A stretch of DNA of 64,000 bases from the IMG/VR virus record IMGVR_UViG_3300027804_000052, positions 1 to 64,000 of that record; one strand, given 5' to 3'. Both the position numbers and the translations under genes were made by a program. The notes beneath the pieces were generated by a model that made no database searches, was not told the origin of the DNA, and saw only the letters and a list, made by a program, of their open reading frames with translations. Of the stretch, positions 49,261 to 59,748 are shown piece by piece. The stretch's first letter is position 1. Each line of letters begins with the position of its first letter. Source of the DNA: a virus.

Positions 49261-51310
49261 ATGCCAGACTTTAATTATAATATCGATGACCTGTCAGATA
49301 CTTCAGCTTTAGCAAGTAAAACTTCTAACGCTTTCTATCCATCTGGGCAGCCTTTAAAAACTAGTTATTCTGTTTCCGGCGACGTAAATAGAACCTTAAC
49401 TCAAAGAGATTTGCAAGGCGTCCTGTCACGGAGATGCTCTATATAGATCTCCAAACTTTGCTCTCCAGGTGTCAAACAATAATGCTCAGTCAAGTATAAA
49501 TTCAATACTTACATCAATTGGTGGCCCTGATGCAAATAACCTTGAGATACAAGATCCCAATAGCCAAGACGAAAATGCAAAACTAACAGGATCTGCAGCT
49601 GCTAAACTAATTGTGTCTAAAAGTTCACTTGGAAAACAATCTCTTTCTTTTGGTACTAGAAACTTTTTGGCTGAATTAGAAAACTCTATAACCCAAGGTT
49701 CTGGTACGTCTGGTTCAAATCACCAGGATAGTTCAGATTTTCCATTTGACCCAACAAACGGTGGTCAATCTGAAGTTCGACCAGTAACAATTAAACAAAG
49801 TCTTTCTTCAGAAGAAGCAAAAATATTTGACGATAAGATCACAGAACTAACAAGTAAACGAATTGTTTCTGCAGCGAATGTTCCATATAAAGCCAATTTT
49901 CCACAAACAAATGTTAGCCTTAAGGCAACTGCAGCAAGAGATATGGCCGATTACGTAAGTGCAGCAGATTTTAACTTTGCTAGTTTTAATGGTCAAACTG
50001 TTCTACCATGTGCATCGTTAATAGAACTTTTATTAATTCTTGATTCAAAGATATCTCTTAGAGGAGACTTTTCTTTAGCCAGGGGATCTTCAAATGGATC
50101 ACCAGTTGATCTAGTTGCTGGTGGAAAACAAATAACAGCTGGAGCTACTCTTAACGACCATAGCACTGGTAGGGGTATCGACATTGGAACCATAGGCCCC
50201 AACGATACTGAACTATATTCAACGTGGAATAAAAATATTGACGTAAATCGCAAAGCATTTACTTTACTTTTAGATACTTTAAACTCAATTGAAGATTCTT
50301 TCCTGCCAGACTTAATTGTATTTGATGATAGATTAGCAGATGAATATGGAATGGTTAGCGGAATGTTCGAAATAGATAATAAAGCCGCAAATAAAAATGC
50401 AATCTTACAAAAAAAATATCCTAGTTTAAGAAAGATAAATTTTCATCCAGATGCTGGCCATAGAGACCACTTTCATATAGCTTTTTCTCCTCAAAGAGCT
50501 GGTACTTATAAAGATTACTATGAATACACTGGCTCTCCTGATGGGGGTAGTGGCGACTTTGAGGGTGTTGCCGGCGGTGATGCGGGCTCCAGTCCTGAAT
50601 TATTTATATCTTTTATCAATAGTCAAGAAAAGGTCTCTAACACAAATGCTTTATATAAAGCTTTGATTGATTACGGTGGATTTAGACCAGAAAGCGCTGC
50701 AATATTTATGATGATTGCAGAAAGAGAGTCTAGATGGGGAGTTGGATCCTTTAACGGTAACCTGGGAACGGGTGATTATTCAATTGGTTTATGGCAGACA
50801 AATTTCCTTACTAACAATGGAGTTTTTTTGGATAAAACGATAGACGTACCTATCTCAACGCGAGGCGGTTTAATAAAGAAAAGATATAAAGGATATCAAC
50901 TTTTATTTAAAGATCATAAAACATTGGAAATAAAAAATAAAACAACCGCTCTTGTAAAAATGACAGAACTTGGTACAACTGGAAAGCCATATTCAGATCC
51001 CACAATGTGGACAGCCGTTGCTCAAATAGCAATATTAAAAATGCAGATAGATGGCTATATTAACAATAGAGGTTTAAATAGAAGAGGCTGGTATTACACA
51101 CCCTGGGGTGAATACAGCGGAGGACCTGCTTATGGTTGGATAACTAAATTAAAGTTTAAAACAGCAGTAGAATTTTATGTAAAAAATAATCCTGGAAAAA
51201 CAGAAGAAGACTTAAAAAAACATTGTGAACCATTTATTGGCAATATGGAAATTCCAGCAGGGAAAGCCGTGTATCAACAATGGCTTAACGGACAGGTTTT
51301 TGGTGAATAA
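49261..51310 (+). CDS. virion cell-wall hydrolase (Zn-peptidase plus lysozyme-like domains), about 682 aa, requiring a +1 shift at CGGA 49429-49432
   Basis: ATG follows the hub stop directly; the 0 frame stops at 49444-49446; the +1 frame GDALYRSPNFALQV joins ORF 49469..51310. Motifs DHSTGRGIDIG...HRDHFHI (M15-like) and IAERES...DYSIGLWQTN (transglycosylase-like). Confidence 0.75.
49429..49432 (+). other. CGGA +1 recoding site 2 (TCA CGG A)
   Basis: In-frame codon 57; window bounded by +1 TAA 49397-49399 and 0-frame TAG 49444-49446. Confidence 0.75.
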
Positions 51311-51667
51311 TGATATACCCTAAGTTTGACCAAAAGATTAATGACCAAATTCAATCTTCGCGTATGCAGCAAGCGAAGACTAGAATGGCCACTGTAGCAT
51401 CATATGATAGAATTAATAACACTTTAAATTTAATTATGGAATCTCATTATTCTGATACTATTGGAAATATCGTTAGCGATGTCCCATGCCCCAGCGTTTA
51501 TCGGAATTCAATCTGTTGCTCCAGAACCAGGGGATAGATGCATAGTTGGTTTTAGTGATGAAAACGAAAGATTTCCTTATATAGTTAATTTTGTCAACGA
51601 TTATGCTAACGAAAGATTAATTAACAGCTCTATAGCAAATACTGGAATACCAAGGTACATGATTTAA
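51310..51667 (+). CDS. baseplate spike OB-fold-like protein, about 118 aa, requiring a +1 shift at CGGA 51502-51505
   Basis: The fusion reads ATVASYD...VSDVPCPSVY-GIQSVAPEPGDRCIVGF, the gpV/gp5 N-terminal P..GD.V.V.F pattern. Confidence 0.75.
51502..51505 (+). other. CGGA +1 recoding site 3 (TAT CGG A)
   Basis: In-frame codon 65; joins ORFs 51310..51537 and 51461..51667. Confidence 0.75.
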
Positions 51668-51668
51668 A

Positions 51669-52322
51669 ATGGTTAATAAAAAAATATTAGAAAATAATAT
51701 AACTAAAAATATAGACAACTTTAATGAAGCTGAAGAACTAAGAAGAAGATCTACGTTCTCTAGAAGAGAAGTTGGGTTGACTCACCCGGATACTAGCGCT
51801 TTCGTAAGGCTTAATGATATGGGTGAGGTAGAGATTTTTGCCGGGGAAGAACTTGGCATAATAATCAGTCCAACCACTAGGTCAATTTCTATATTTGCTG
51901 ATGTGGTTAAAATTGTTACCAAAGAAGATTATGGGCTTCGATGGAATAATATGAGTTTTAATTATTCTGGAGATGAATTCAATGAGCCATCTTTGGTTAA
52001 GACTAGCGAAAAAGAGATCAACTCGGGCTTTAATTATGCCAATTATTACCTAGAGGCGCTTGACGATTTTGAGGTTTTGGATAAAGAAACCAACGTTGTT
52101 ACTATTAGTGGTGAGTATGGTTTTTCTAAAAATCCAGTTGATTCAGAAGGTAGATCAGCAGCTGTGATTTCAGGAAAAATATCAGATGAAGATTACGCTC
52201 TTTTAAAAGAGTATGGTTATACAAATTCTCAGGAAAAAGTAGACTATATGAGAAAGCTTCTTGAGTCTGGTTTTACATTTAGTCAAGCTAGAGAAAAAAC
52301 GATAAGGGATAAAGGTGTCTGA
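51669..52322 (+). CDS. baseplate protein (possible spike beta-region)
   Basis: 217 aa; GLTHPDTSAFVRLNDMGEVEIFAG; synteny. Confidence 0.45.
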   Translation: MVNKKILENNITKNIDNFNEAEELRRRSTFSRREVGLTHPDTSAFVRLNDMGEVEIFAGEELGIIISPTTRSISIFADVVKIVTKEDYGLRWNNMSFNYSGDEFNEPSLVKTSEKEINSGFNYANYYLEALDDFEVLDKETNVVTISGEYGFSKNPVDSEGRSAAVISGKISDEDYALLKEYGYTNSQEKVDYMRKLLESGFTFSQAREKTIRDKGV

Positions 52323-52695
52323 TTTATTTTTAACAATGGATGGCGATTTGCTATTAAATGGTAATAAAGATATATCTAGAGTTAATAACTCCATGCAGAA
52401 CGATATCCAACAGGTTTACATTAGGTTAATGACAGAGCCTGGCGATTTTTACGCTTACCCAAGTCTTGGGCTAGATTTATCTATTCTATATGGTATGCCT
52501 CAAACTAAGTCAACCGGTGATACGGGAAGAAGATTAATTATAGCTGCTCTTGAAAGAGAAGGAATTTTTAAAGGTAAAAACATTTCAATAGAAGCAATCC
52601 CCACCAGTGCAGACACAATTAGATTTGATATCCATATTCAATCCGGATCTTCAAATCCTGTTACTTTAAGTATTAAGCAAAATCTAGGAGCATAA
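52315..52695 (+). CDS. gp25/W-like baseplate wedge protein
   Basis: DGDLLL..., QQVYIRLMTEPGDF..YPSLG.DL; precedes the J-like gene. Confidence 0.75.
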   Translation: MSDLFLTMDGDLLLNGNKDISRVNNSMQNDIQQVYIRLMTEPGDFYAYPSLGLDLSILYGMPQTKSTGDTGRRLIIAALEREGIFKGKNISIEAIPTSADTIRFDIHIQSGSSNPVTLSIKQNLGA

Positions 52696-53865
52696 ATGCC
52701 AACAATAAATACAAAAACAAAAGAAGAAATAATAGTTAGAATCTTAAACGCCCTAGAACAAAATGCTAATATTACAGCAACATCTCCTGGATCTGTTGCA
52801 AGAGCTTTTGCAGACTCCTTTGGCACAGAGGTGTTTTATCTTTATGAATCATTTAAAGAAGCTGTTAGTCAATCTAGTCTTTCAACTGCATCCGGCAGAG
52901 GTCTTGATTTAATTGGTGAAATGTATAATGTAAAAAGAAAAACATTATCTGAGCAGTTAGTATATGAAAGAACTACGGCAAATATTGAATTTATTCTAGA
53001 CAAACCTTACGTCTCTGATGTCATAATTCCCAAAGGCACTCTTGTGTATAATGATGTCGGATCCTATAACTCTACCCAATATTCATATAAGGTTGTAAAT
53101 GATGTTGTCATTCTAGCTGGAGTAACAAAAGCGTACGGAATAGTCGTTCCAAACTTTCAGTCAAATGACCACGTTGCTTCAGTAGGTTCATTGACCAGGC
53201 ATAATTATATTGGTCCAGCTGGAGTTATTGTGTTTTGTTCAAACCCAAAAGAAATTTACCCAGTCGTCAACGCTGAATCAGACGATAATTACAGAAGAAG
53301 AATTCTGTCAGCAGTAAAAGTTAGTGCAACGGGTACTGTTGAGGCTTTAAGATTTTCAGCCCTTGCGGTTAATGGGGTTAGAGATATTAGAATTAGAGAA
53401 GCATCTTACGGCATAGGTTCTTGTGAAATTATTATAATTCCAGAAGTTCCAGGAAGAATTGGAAATCTTCCAACTCTTGTTAACGCAGCAATATCACAAA
53501 TAAGACCTTTGGGCATAAGAATAAACACTTCTATTGCTAACGCCCTTCCAGTAAGCGTAGAGGCTACAATTACTCTTCCTTACGGAACAGCACAAAATCT
53601 TAGAAATGGCATACAGAATCAAGCTTCAGTTTTTGTAAAGAGATATTTAAATTCACTTACAGTTGGAGATACAATGTCTGTTCAAGAAATAGAAAGACAA
53701 ATTAGAATATCATCCGATTTAATCAGGAGTATTAGTTTAACCAACATTAGCGCACAGGGTACGCCAATTAACAGAAAAGATTTTAGAGCACAAACTGAAA
53801 GAGATTACATAGTTGCTGGCGATATCTCTATAAACTCTGTTATAATTGGTTTGTCTAACTACTAA
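52696..53865 (+). CDS. baseplate J-like protein
   Basis: PGSVARA, STASGRGLDLIG, IPKGTLV, ESDDNYRRRI, GTVEAL. Confidence 0.85.
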   Translation: MPTINTKTKEEIIVRILNALEQNANITATSPGSVARAFADSFGTEVFYLYESFKEAVSQSSLSTASGRGLDLIGEMYNVKRKTLSEQLVYERTTANIEFILDKPYVSDVIIPKGTLVYNDVGSYNSTQYSYKVVNDVVILAGVTKAYGIVVPNFQSNDHVASVGSLTRHNYIGPAGVIVFCSNPKEIYPVVNAESDDNYRRRILSAVKVSATGTVEALRFSALAVNGVRDIRIREASYGIGSCEIIIIPEVPGRIGNLPTLVNAAISQIRPLGIRINTSIANALPVSVEATITLPYGTAQNLRNGIQNQASVFVKRYLNSLTVGDTMSVQEIERQIRISSDLIRSISLTNISAQGTPINRKDFRAQTERDYIVAGDISINSVIIGLSNY

Positions 53866-53881
53866 AAGGTTGGTTTTATAA

Positions 53882-55123
53882 ATGAGTGAAAAATATTTCC
53901 TCTTGACGAGTAAGCATATCGTCAAAGCTCCCAATATGACGCAGGCCAAATTGGCGATAGAGGGTGAATCAGATTTTGTTGGAGAAGTTCTTAAACAAAA
54001 TGTAGATATTAATGAAGTTTCTGACTCTGAAGCTGACAAATATGTTGGCTTTTCCGAGTTGAATAAAAGCGATTTAAGATACGAAACAAGAGTTTCTGTC
54101 GACGAAGATGAGGAAGCTGATACTTTTGATAATAAATTTGATTTTATTAGATCAGAAAACAGAAGATTAGCTAAGTTAGCTGAAAAAAACAAAAATGTAA
54201 AAGAAGAAGCAATCTTAGCAGTCTACGAGGCTGCCTACGACGCATTTAGCAATTTTGAATTACCACCAGTTCAAGTTAAGTCTATTACTGGAAGTAAGCG
54301 TGGTGCCCCTGAGACGGCCGTAGCCGTGCTTGGAGACTGGCAGCTAGGTAAAATCACACCAACTTATAATTCCGATGTACTGGCGCAAAGAATGGACCAG
54401 TACGCTGAAAAGCTAATAGAAATTACAAACATACAAAGAACTCATCATAATGTAGATAATCTTCATGTTTGGCTTTTGGGCGATATTGTTGAAGGTGAAG
54501 AAATCTTTCCTGGCCAAAGCCATTTGATTGACTCTGGCCTCTATAGGCAGGTTGGAATTAACGGTCCAGAAATCTTGGGTAATTTTTTAAGAACTGCCCT
54601 AGAAAACTTTAAACATGTTCACGTTACTGGCGTAATAGGAAACCATGGAGCTGTAGGCGGAAGAGCTAGAAAGCAGCACGATCCAGAAACTAACATGGAT
54701 CGCCTTTTGTATAAGATTGTTGAATTAATATTTAAAAATGAACCTAGAATAACCTTTAATATTCCAGATGGAAAAGGCGAAAGAAATTTCTATGCCGTAG
54801 ACACCATAGGAAACTATAGCACCATGCTCATACATGGTGATCAAATGCCTGCACCAAGCGCTACCTATGGTTACTATAAGAAGGTAATGGGGTGGAAAGA
54901 CGGAGCTATTCCTGAACATTTTGATGATGTATTCATGGGGCATTACCACCAACAGGCAAAGATGACCATAGGTAGTAGTATTCTTAGAATTTCTGGATCA
55001 CCAGAAAGCAACAATACATATGCTCAAGAGTATTTCTCTGCAATGAGTAGACCATGCCAGCACTTGATGTTCGTTCATCCAGAAAATGGTGTTACTTCAG
55101 AATACTCTATCTGGTTAGACTAA
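53882..55123 (+). CDS. calcineurin-like metallophosphoesterase
   Basis: LGDWQLG, LLGDIVEG, GNHG, IHGD, GHYH. Confidence 0.85.
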   Translation: MSEKYFLLTSKHIVKAPNMTQAKLAIEGESDFVGEVLKQNVDINEVSDSEADKYVGFSELNKSDLRYETRVSVDEDEEADTFDNKFDFIRSENRRLAKLAEKNKNVKEEAILAVYEAAYDAFSNFELPPVQVKSITGSKRGAPETAVAVLGDWQLGKITPTYNSDVLAQRMDQYAEKLIEITNIQRTHHNVDNLHVWLLGDIVEGEEIFPGQSHLIDSGLYRQVGINGPEILGNFLRTALENFKHVHVTGVIGNHGAVGGRARKQHDPETNMDRLLYKIVELIFKNEPRITFNIPDGKGERNFYAVDTIGNYSTMLIHGDQMPAPSATYGYYKKVMGWKDGAIPEHFDDVFMGHYHQQAKMTIGSSILRISGSPESNNTYAQEYFSAMSRPCQHLMFVHPENGVTSEYSIWLD

Positions 55124-55142
55124 TCTAGGAAGGCATCTGTAG

Positions 55143-58100
55143 ATGAAGCAATTCATAATAGCTTTAAAAAGCTCTGACTTTATTAAGTCCGGAAATGCAT
55201 GGACTACAGATTCTATCGACCTATATAACAACAAGTGGTACACTAACTATTCTGTATCAAAATCAAGATACGGTTTAAACGAATTAAGTGACAGAACATT
55301 TGTTGGAACAGAAATTCTGGAAGATGCTACTCCTACAATTGTAGTAGAGGGTAGCACTCCGGTATCTGTAACCAATTATGGTGAGATAATCAAAGACACA
55401 AATGTTATTACATATAATATATTTAATTACGATGAAATATCAGAGCAGTATTTTATATTCAACTTAATAGAAGATGCCTCACCTTTTTATATTCTCGATC
55501 CAACCTCAGTTAATTTAGATCTATTTAGATTTGTAGACACTTCTTCTAGAACAGATATTCTTAGTTACAAGCGGAGCATTTACAAATGTAAACACTCAGG
55601 ATTCCCCAACATATACCGTAACCGTTTACGAGGCGGACTCTCCTTCTGGGCCATGGCTTAAGTCTTCTACATCTTCTAATGTAGGAACTTTGTTTATAAC
55701 AAACTCAAAAAGATATATTAAGTTTGATTTAGATATAGTTTCTGAATTAAGATCACAAGATGTAGAAAATTATGGATTCGTGCTTCTTGTAGAAGTTGCG
55801 ATTGCAAACCCTGTTCCTTCAGTTCTTAGCAGAACTGCAAAAAAAATATTAAGTAGATTTCCTTCTTGGGCAAAAATGTTCCAAGACTCTATGGATGATG
55901 CAACACCTTCTTTGCAGATACCATCAACAACAGCAGGCTCTTTTGTCAACTCTCTTGTTGCAGATTTTCCAGAGAATTTTGAAAAACAAGTCAATCAGTT
56001 TGAACTTGATAGGTTTATAACAACGGCAGACGAAAATCAACTTGCTTGGATGTACACAACTTCTGACGTTCCTGCGTCACATTTGTCCATTAAAGGAGAT
56101 TCTGTAACTTTATCAAGAGTTGATACGCTAAATGATTTTTACGAATCTGTTGAAAATGACTACTGTTACTATTTTGCAGCGTCAGATAGAATGGTATTTA
56201 CTAAAAAACTTTTCAAATCATTTACTGTTGACTCTAATTCTTTTGAGCAAGAACCAATATTAAAGTGGAATTGGTTTGACGAATTTGGTGCTAGAGTTGG
56301 TCTTCGTAGACTTTATCTTGAACAAAATGCAAACTTTAAAAAGAGAATATTAGATACCTACAAGAACCTTCCTGGTCCATCTATAGATGCGATAAAGAGA
56401 ACACTTAGAAGAGAATTGGATATCTGGAGTGCATACGGTGCTACTCCAGATTCAGACTACCTTGGTGCAACACCGGAAATATTTGAAATTTCCGACATAG
56501 AATCAACTACTCCTTATTTTGAATTTTCCGGAAAACCAAATAAAGAGTTTAGAGACTTTGTAAGATCATTGAATGAAAAGCATCCTTTAAACTGGGGTTA
56601 TGTTAAATGGGGCGAAGGTTATTGGGATTACTCTGGAAAAGACCAACAAGGCGTTGGAAGAATACCTGCCGTATATGATGATGCCACGCCACTTGGTCGC
56701 TATTATCAGCCTGGAGTTGGCGACATATCAGATGCAAACATAATTGTAAAAGAACCGCATGAATCAGTAGTAGATTTCAATGCTAAGTTTAAAGCTTCTG
56801 GGTCTAGATATCTTGGAAAAATTGATGACTATGCTCCAGTTTTTGTTAATTACGAATATTACGGAACATACACTCAAGGTTATTATGATAATAGTCCAGC
56901 AACTGTTAATTTTAGATATTTACTAGAAATGCCAGTGCACGGCTCCTACGCTACGGCAAAAACTTTTTACGTAGACGTAAGTCATTATCCAACAAACTCT
57001 TATGGACCAGGTCATTCAGCTAGCCCAGAATATCAAGTTGTTCCAATCTTTGACCAAGACGGATATGCATATCCTAATTATGTATTTAAAGATCTTAGTA
57101 CTAACGCAGTATATTCTGATACTTCTGTAACTCCCGCAAATTCAAGAGCTAATTTCTTCTATGCGAATAAAGCATCGGCAACACCAACTTCAGGTTCTGA
57201 TAGCTTTAATATTTCTTTCACTGGAGCTACTCCATACTCTTCTGCAGTTGGCAGCCCAATAACTTTGCTAAACGCGTATTTTACTAACGGCGGTGCTAAT
57301 GTTAAAGTTTCTTCCAATAAGTACACTGCAAAAAGAGGCACATTTCAAACCACTCCAAAGTTAAACGGATTCTTTATCCTTAACTATACGAATGAAATAT
57401 CTTACATGAAAGATGTTGCCATTGATAAAGATTTTATTCACGATACATTGATATTTCCACCAGGTTCAACTCCAATATATGTTCATATTGATAATGTTAA
57501 ACCATCTGGTTATGAAAAGATTGAAAATATATACATAGACCCAGCATACGAAGGCTATGGTGGCCTTTCTGCAGATTTTGATGCATTAAAGCTTGTTCCA
57601 GCTTCGCCAAATATTATCGCTCAGTATATAAATCCAAACTTTGCAACTCCTGCAGATCATGCTGGTTACATAAATAATGATGGAGCAACTTATAATTATT
57701 ACTTTAAAGAGTTAAAGTATCCCTATGGTTCAACTCCAAGTGTTATTAATATAAAAACAAACAACTCTTCTACTCCAATATATCCATTTAAAAAAGACTC
57801 TTGGGAATCATTTACCGCTGAGTCAACCCCGATGATTAGTGGTTCAATAAATAAACGAGGAATCATTAGAAGCTCTGAAGAAAATTCAGATGAAAACTTC
57901 AGTATGAATTCAAATTTTGTGGGTTCATATGATCTTACTTATGATACATTTGGTTTAGATTATCTGACAGATTGGGTTGAAAAAATTGAGGTAGTTAATA
58001 ATACCGATGGCGTAATTTTAACTCCTTCTCAACAGTTTGTTACTCTAGCAGAAGAAGAAGCTACATTTATAAACTCTTCTATTCTAGAATACGAAGAAGG

Positions 58101-59748
58101 TGCACTTTCAACTGTAGATGTTGTAGCTGAATTTGAAGGAGTATATAGTTCTTACTTAAACGTTGGCTGGTATCACCAAGGTGGAGAAGATTATTACATC
58201 TATTCATCTCCAATAAACGAGAACTTTGCTACACCTGGCTTCTACGTAAACCTTAGTTACACAGCAAGACAAGGTGCTCCAATTATCGTAGAACGAAACT
58301 CTGCAACTCCCCTTACCTTAAGAGAGGTTGCCTTCTATGACCCTGCTTCTCCAACATATGTTTATTTAACTAATACGGAAACAGTAAAAGCTAATAAGTC
58401 AAATAATCTATACCTTGGCTATGAAGACGTATATGATGTAGAAGTTACAGATTCAGTAACCGGCTATGTCTTAATGGAGAATGGCAGCACATCAACCAAT
58501 GAGATACAGGTATTCAACTCCGCAACTCCGGTTGTTCATGGAAGAGATTACTACGTTTCCTATAAGGTTAGAGATTCCTATGCCGTGGATAATGACTATT
58601 ATGATAGCAATAATGATAAGTATGTTACTGAGATCAGATTTGATTCAACACCATCATCTTTCTACTCTTACAGCATAACCTATGAAAACTCTGTGGTCTC
58701 TCACGCAACACCAATATCTTTAAATGTTAATCCAATGGAACTTTGGGATCAAGAGGGTTTTGTATACTTAAGTCATACTGATTATCCTTTTGAAGACGCA
58801 GAAGTAAAATTAAATCCAGCTTATATAATGGATAGCTTTGACGACTTCATGGTAATAACTATAAAGTCTCTTGACCAAAATGGAAACTCAAAACCATACC
58901 AAACATTTACTATCAGTGGTAGCAATGTTGCATCAGAAGAAAGTTATTACCATACAGATATAAATGGTTTTGTTAGTGCAAGAATTTACTACTCTGGTTC
59001 AGTGCCAGCAGATAGTGTTTCTGGAACATTATCTGTCTTGGGAGTAACTAACGGTTCTGTAAATGCCCACGAAAACTCTGAGACTCAAGGCTTTTTAAAG
59101 ACACTTAGCTTTGACATATTCAGCCAGTATGACAATGGATACCTATTAAAAGCAATTGCTGAAAATAATGTCATTCAAGCAGATGGCGTATCTAATAACT
59201 ATATTACAGGCTTCCTTAGAAAAGACTCATCTGCTCAGTCAAATAAAGTTATTTACTGGAGAAAAGGAAGAACTCTTCAAGATATCTTTGATGCCACTCC
59301 ATATTCATCATATGTCAGAACCGATGAATATGGAAACTTTGAAATAGGACCATTTACAGCTCAAGAAAAAAGTAATCCTGGACTTTGGTTTGTGTCTGTA
59401 GAGACAGAAGGCGCTGCAACAGTAAATATAAATCCCGTAAATATAGCCGGTGACATCGCATTTTGGAGCGAAAAGTATAACAATTTAAATTATGCTTTTG
59501 GAGATTCGGTATTTTATGATCCTAATTTACTATACATAAATAGAACAGATATGTACTCTACCCCATCTTTTACAGTACAGTACTTTGACGGAAATTATGC
59601 CACCCCTTATACGGCAACCCCGGATTGGCTACCTCCAAAATGGTATCCAATTAATAGATATGATCAATATATGATGGGCCTACTTGGATCCACTCCAATG
59701 CACGTAAGTAGCTATGAGAACTTAATGAAAGATTATGAGGAAGAATAA
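55143..59748 (+). CDS. large baseplate wedge/structural protein, about 1534 aa, requiring a +1 shift at CGGA 55572-55575
   Basis: The 0 frame turns atypical after ILSYK and stops at 55659-55661; the +1 frame GAFTNVNTQDSPTYTVTVYEADSPSGPWLK... joins ORF 55690..59748 (WFDEFGARVGLRRL...FKKRILD, wedge-like). Confidence 0.75.
55572..55575 (+). other. CGGA +1 recoding site 4 (AAG CGG A)
   Basis: In-frame codon 144; window bounded by +1 TAG 55534-55536 and 0-frame TAA 55659-55661. Confidence 0.75.

Noticed and set aside
55634-55637. Second CGGA inside the site 4 window
   Set aside because: Not in frame in either the 0 frame (GGC GGA) or the +1 frame (GCG GAC).
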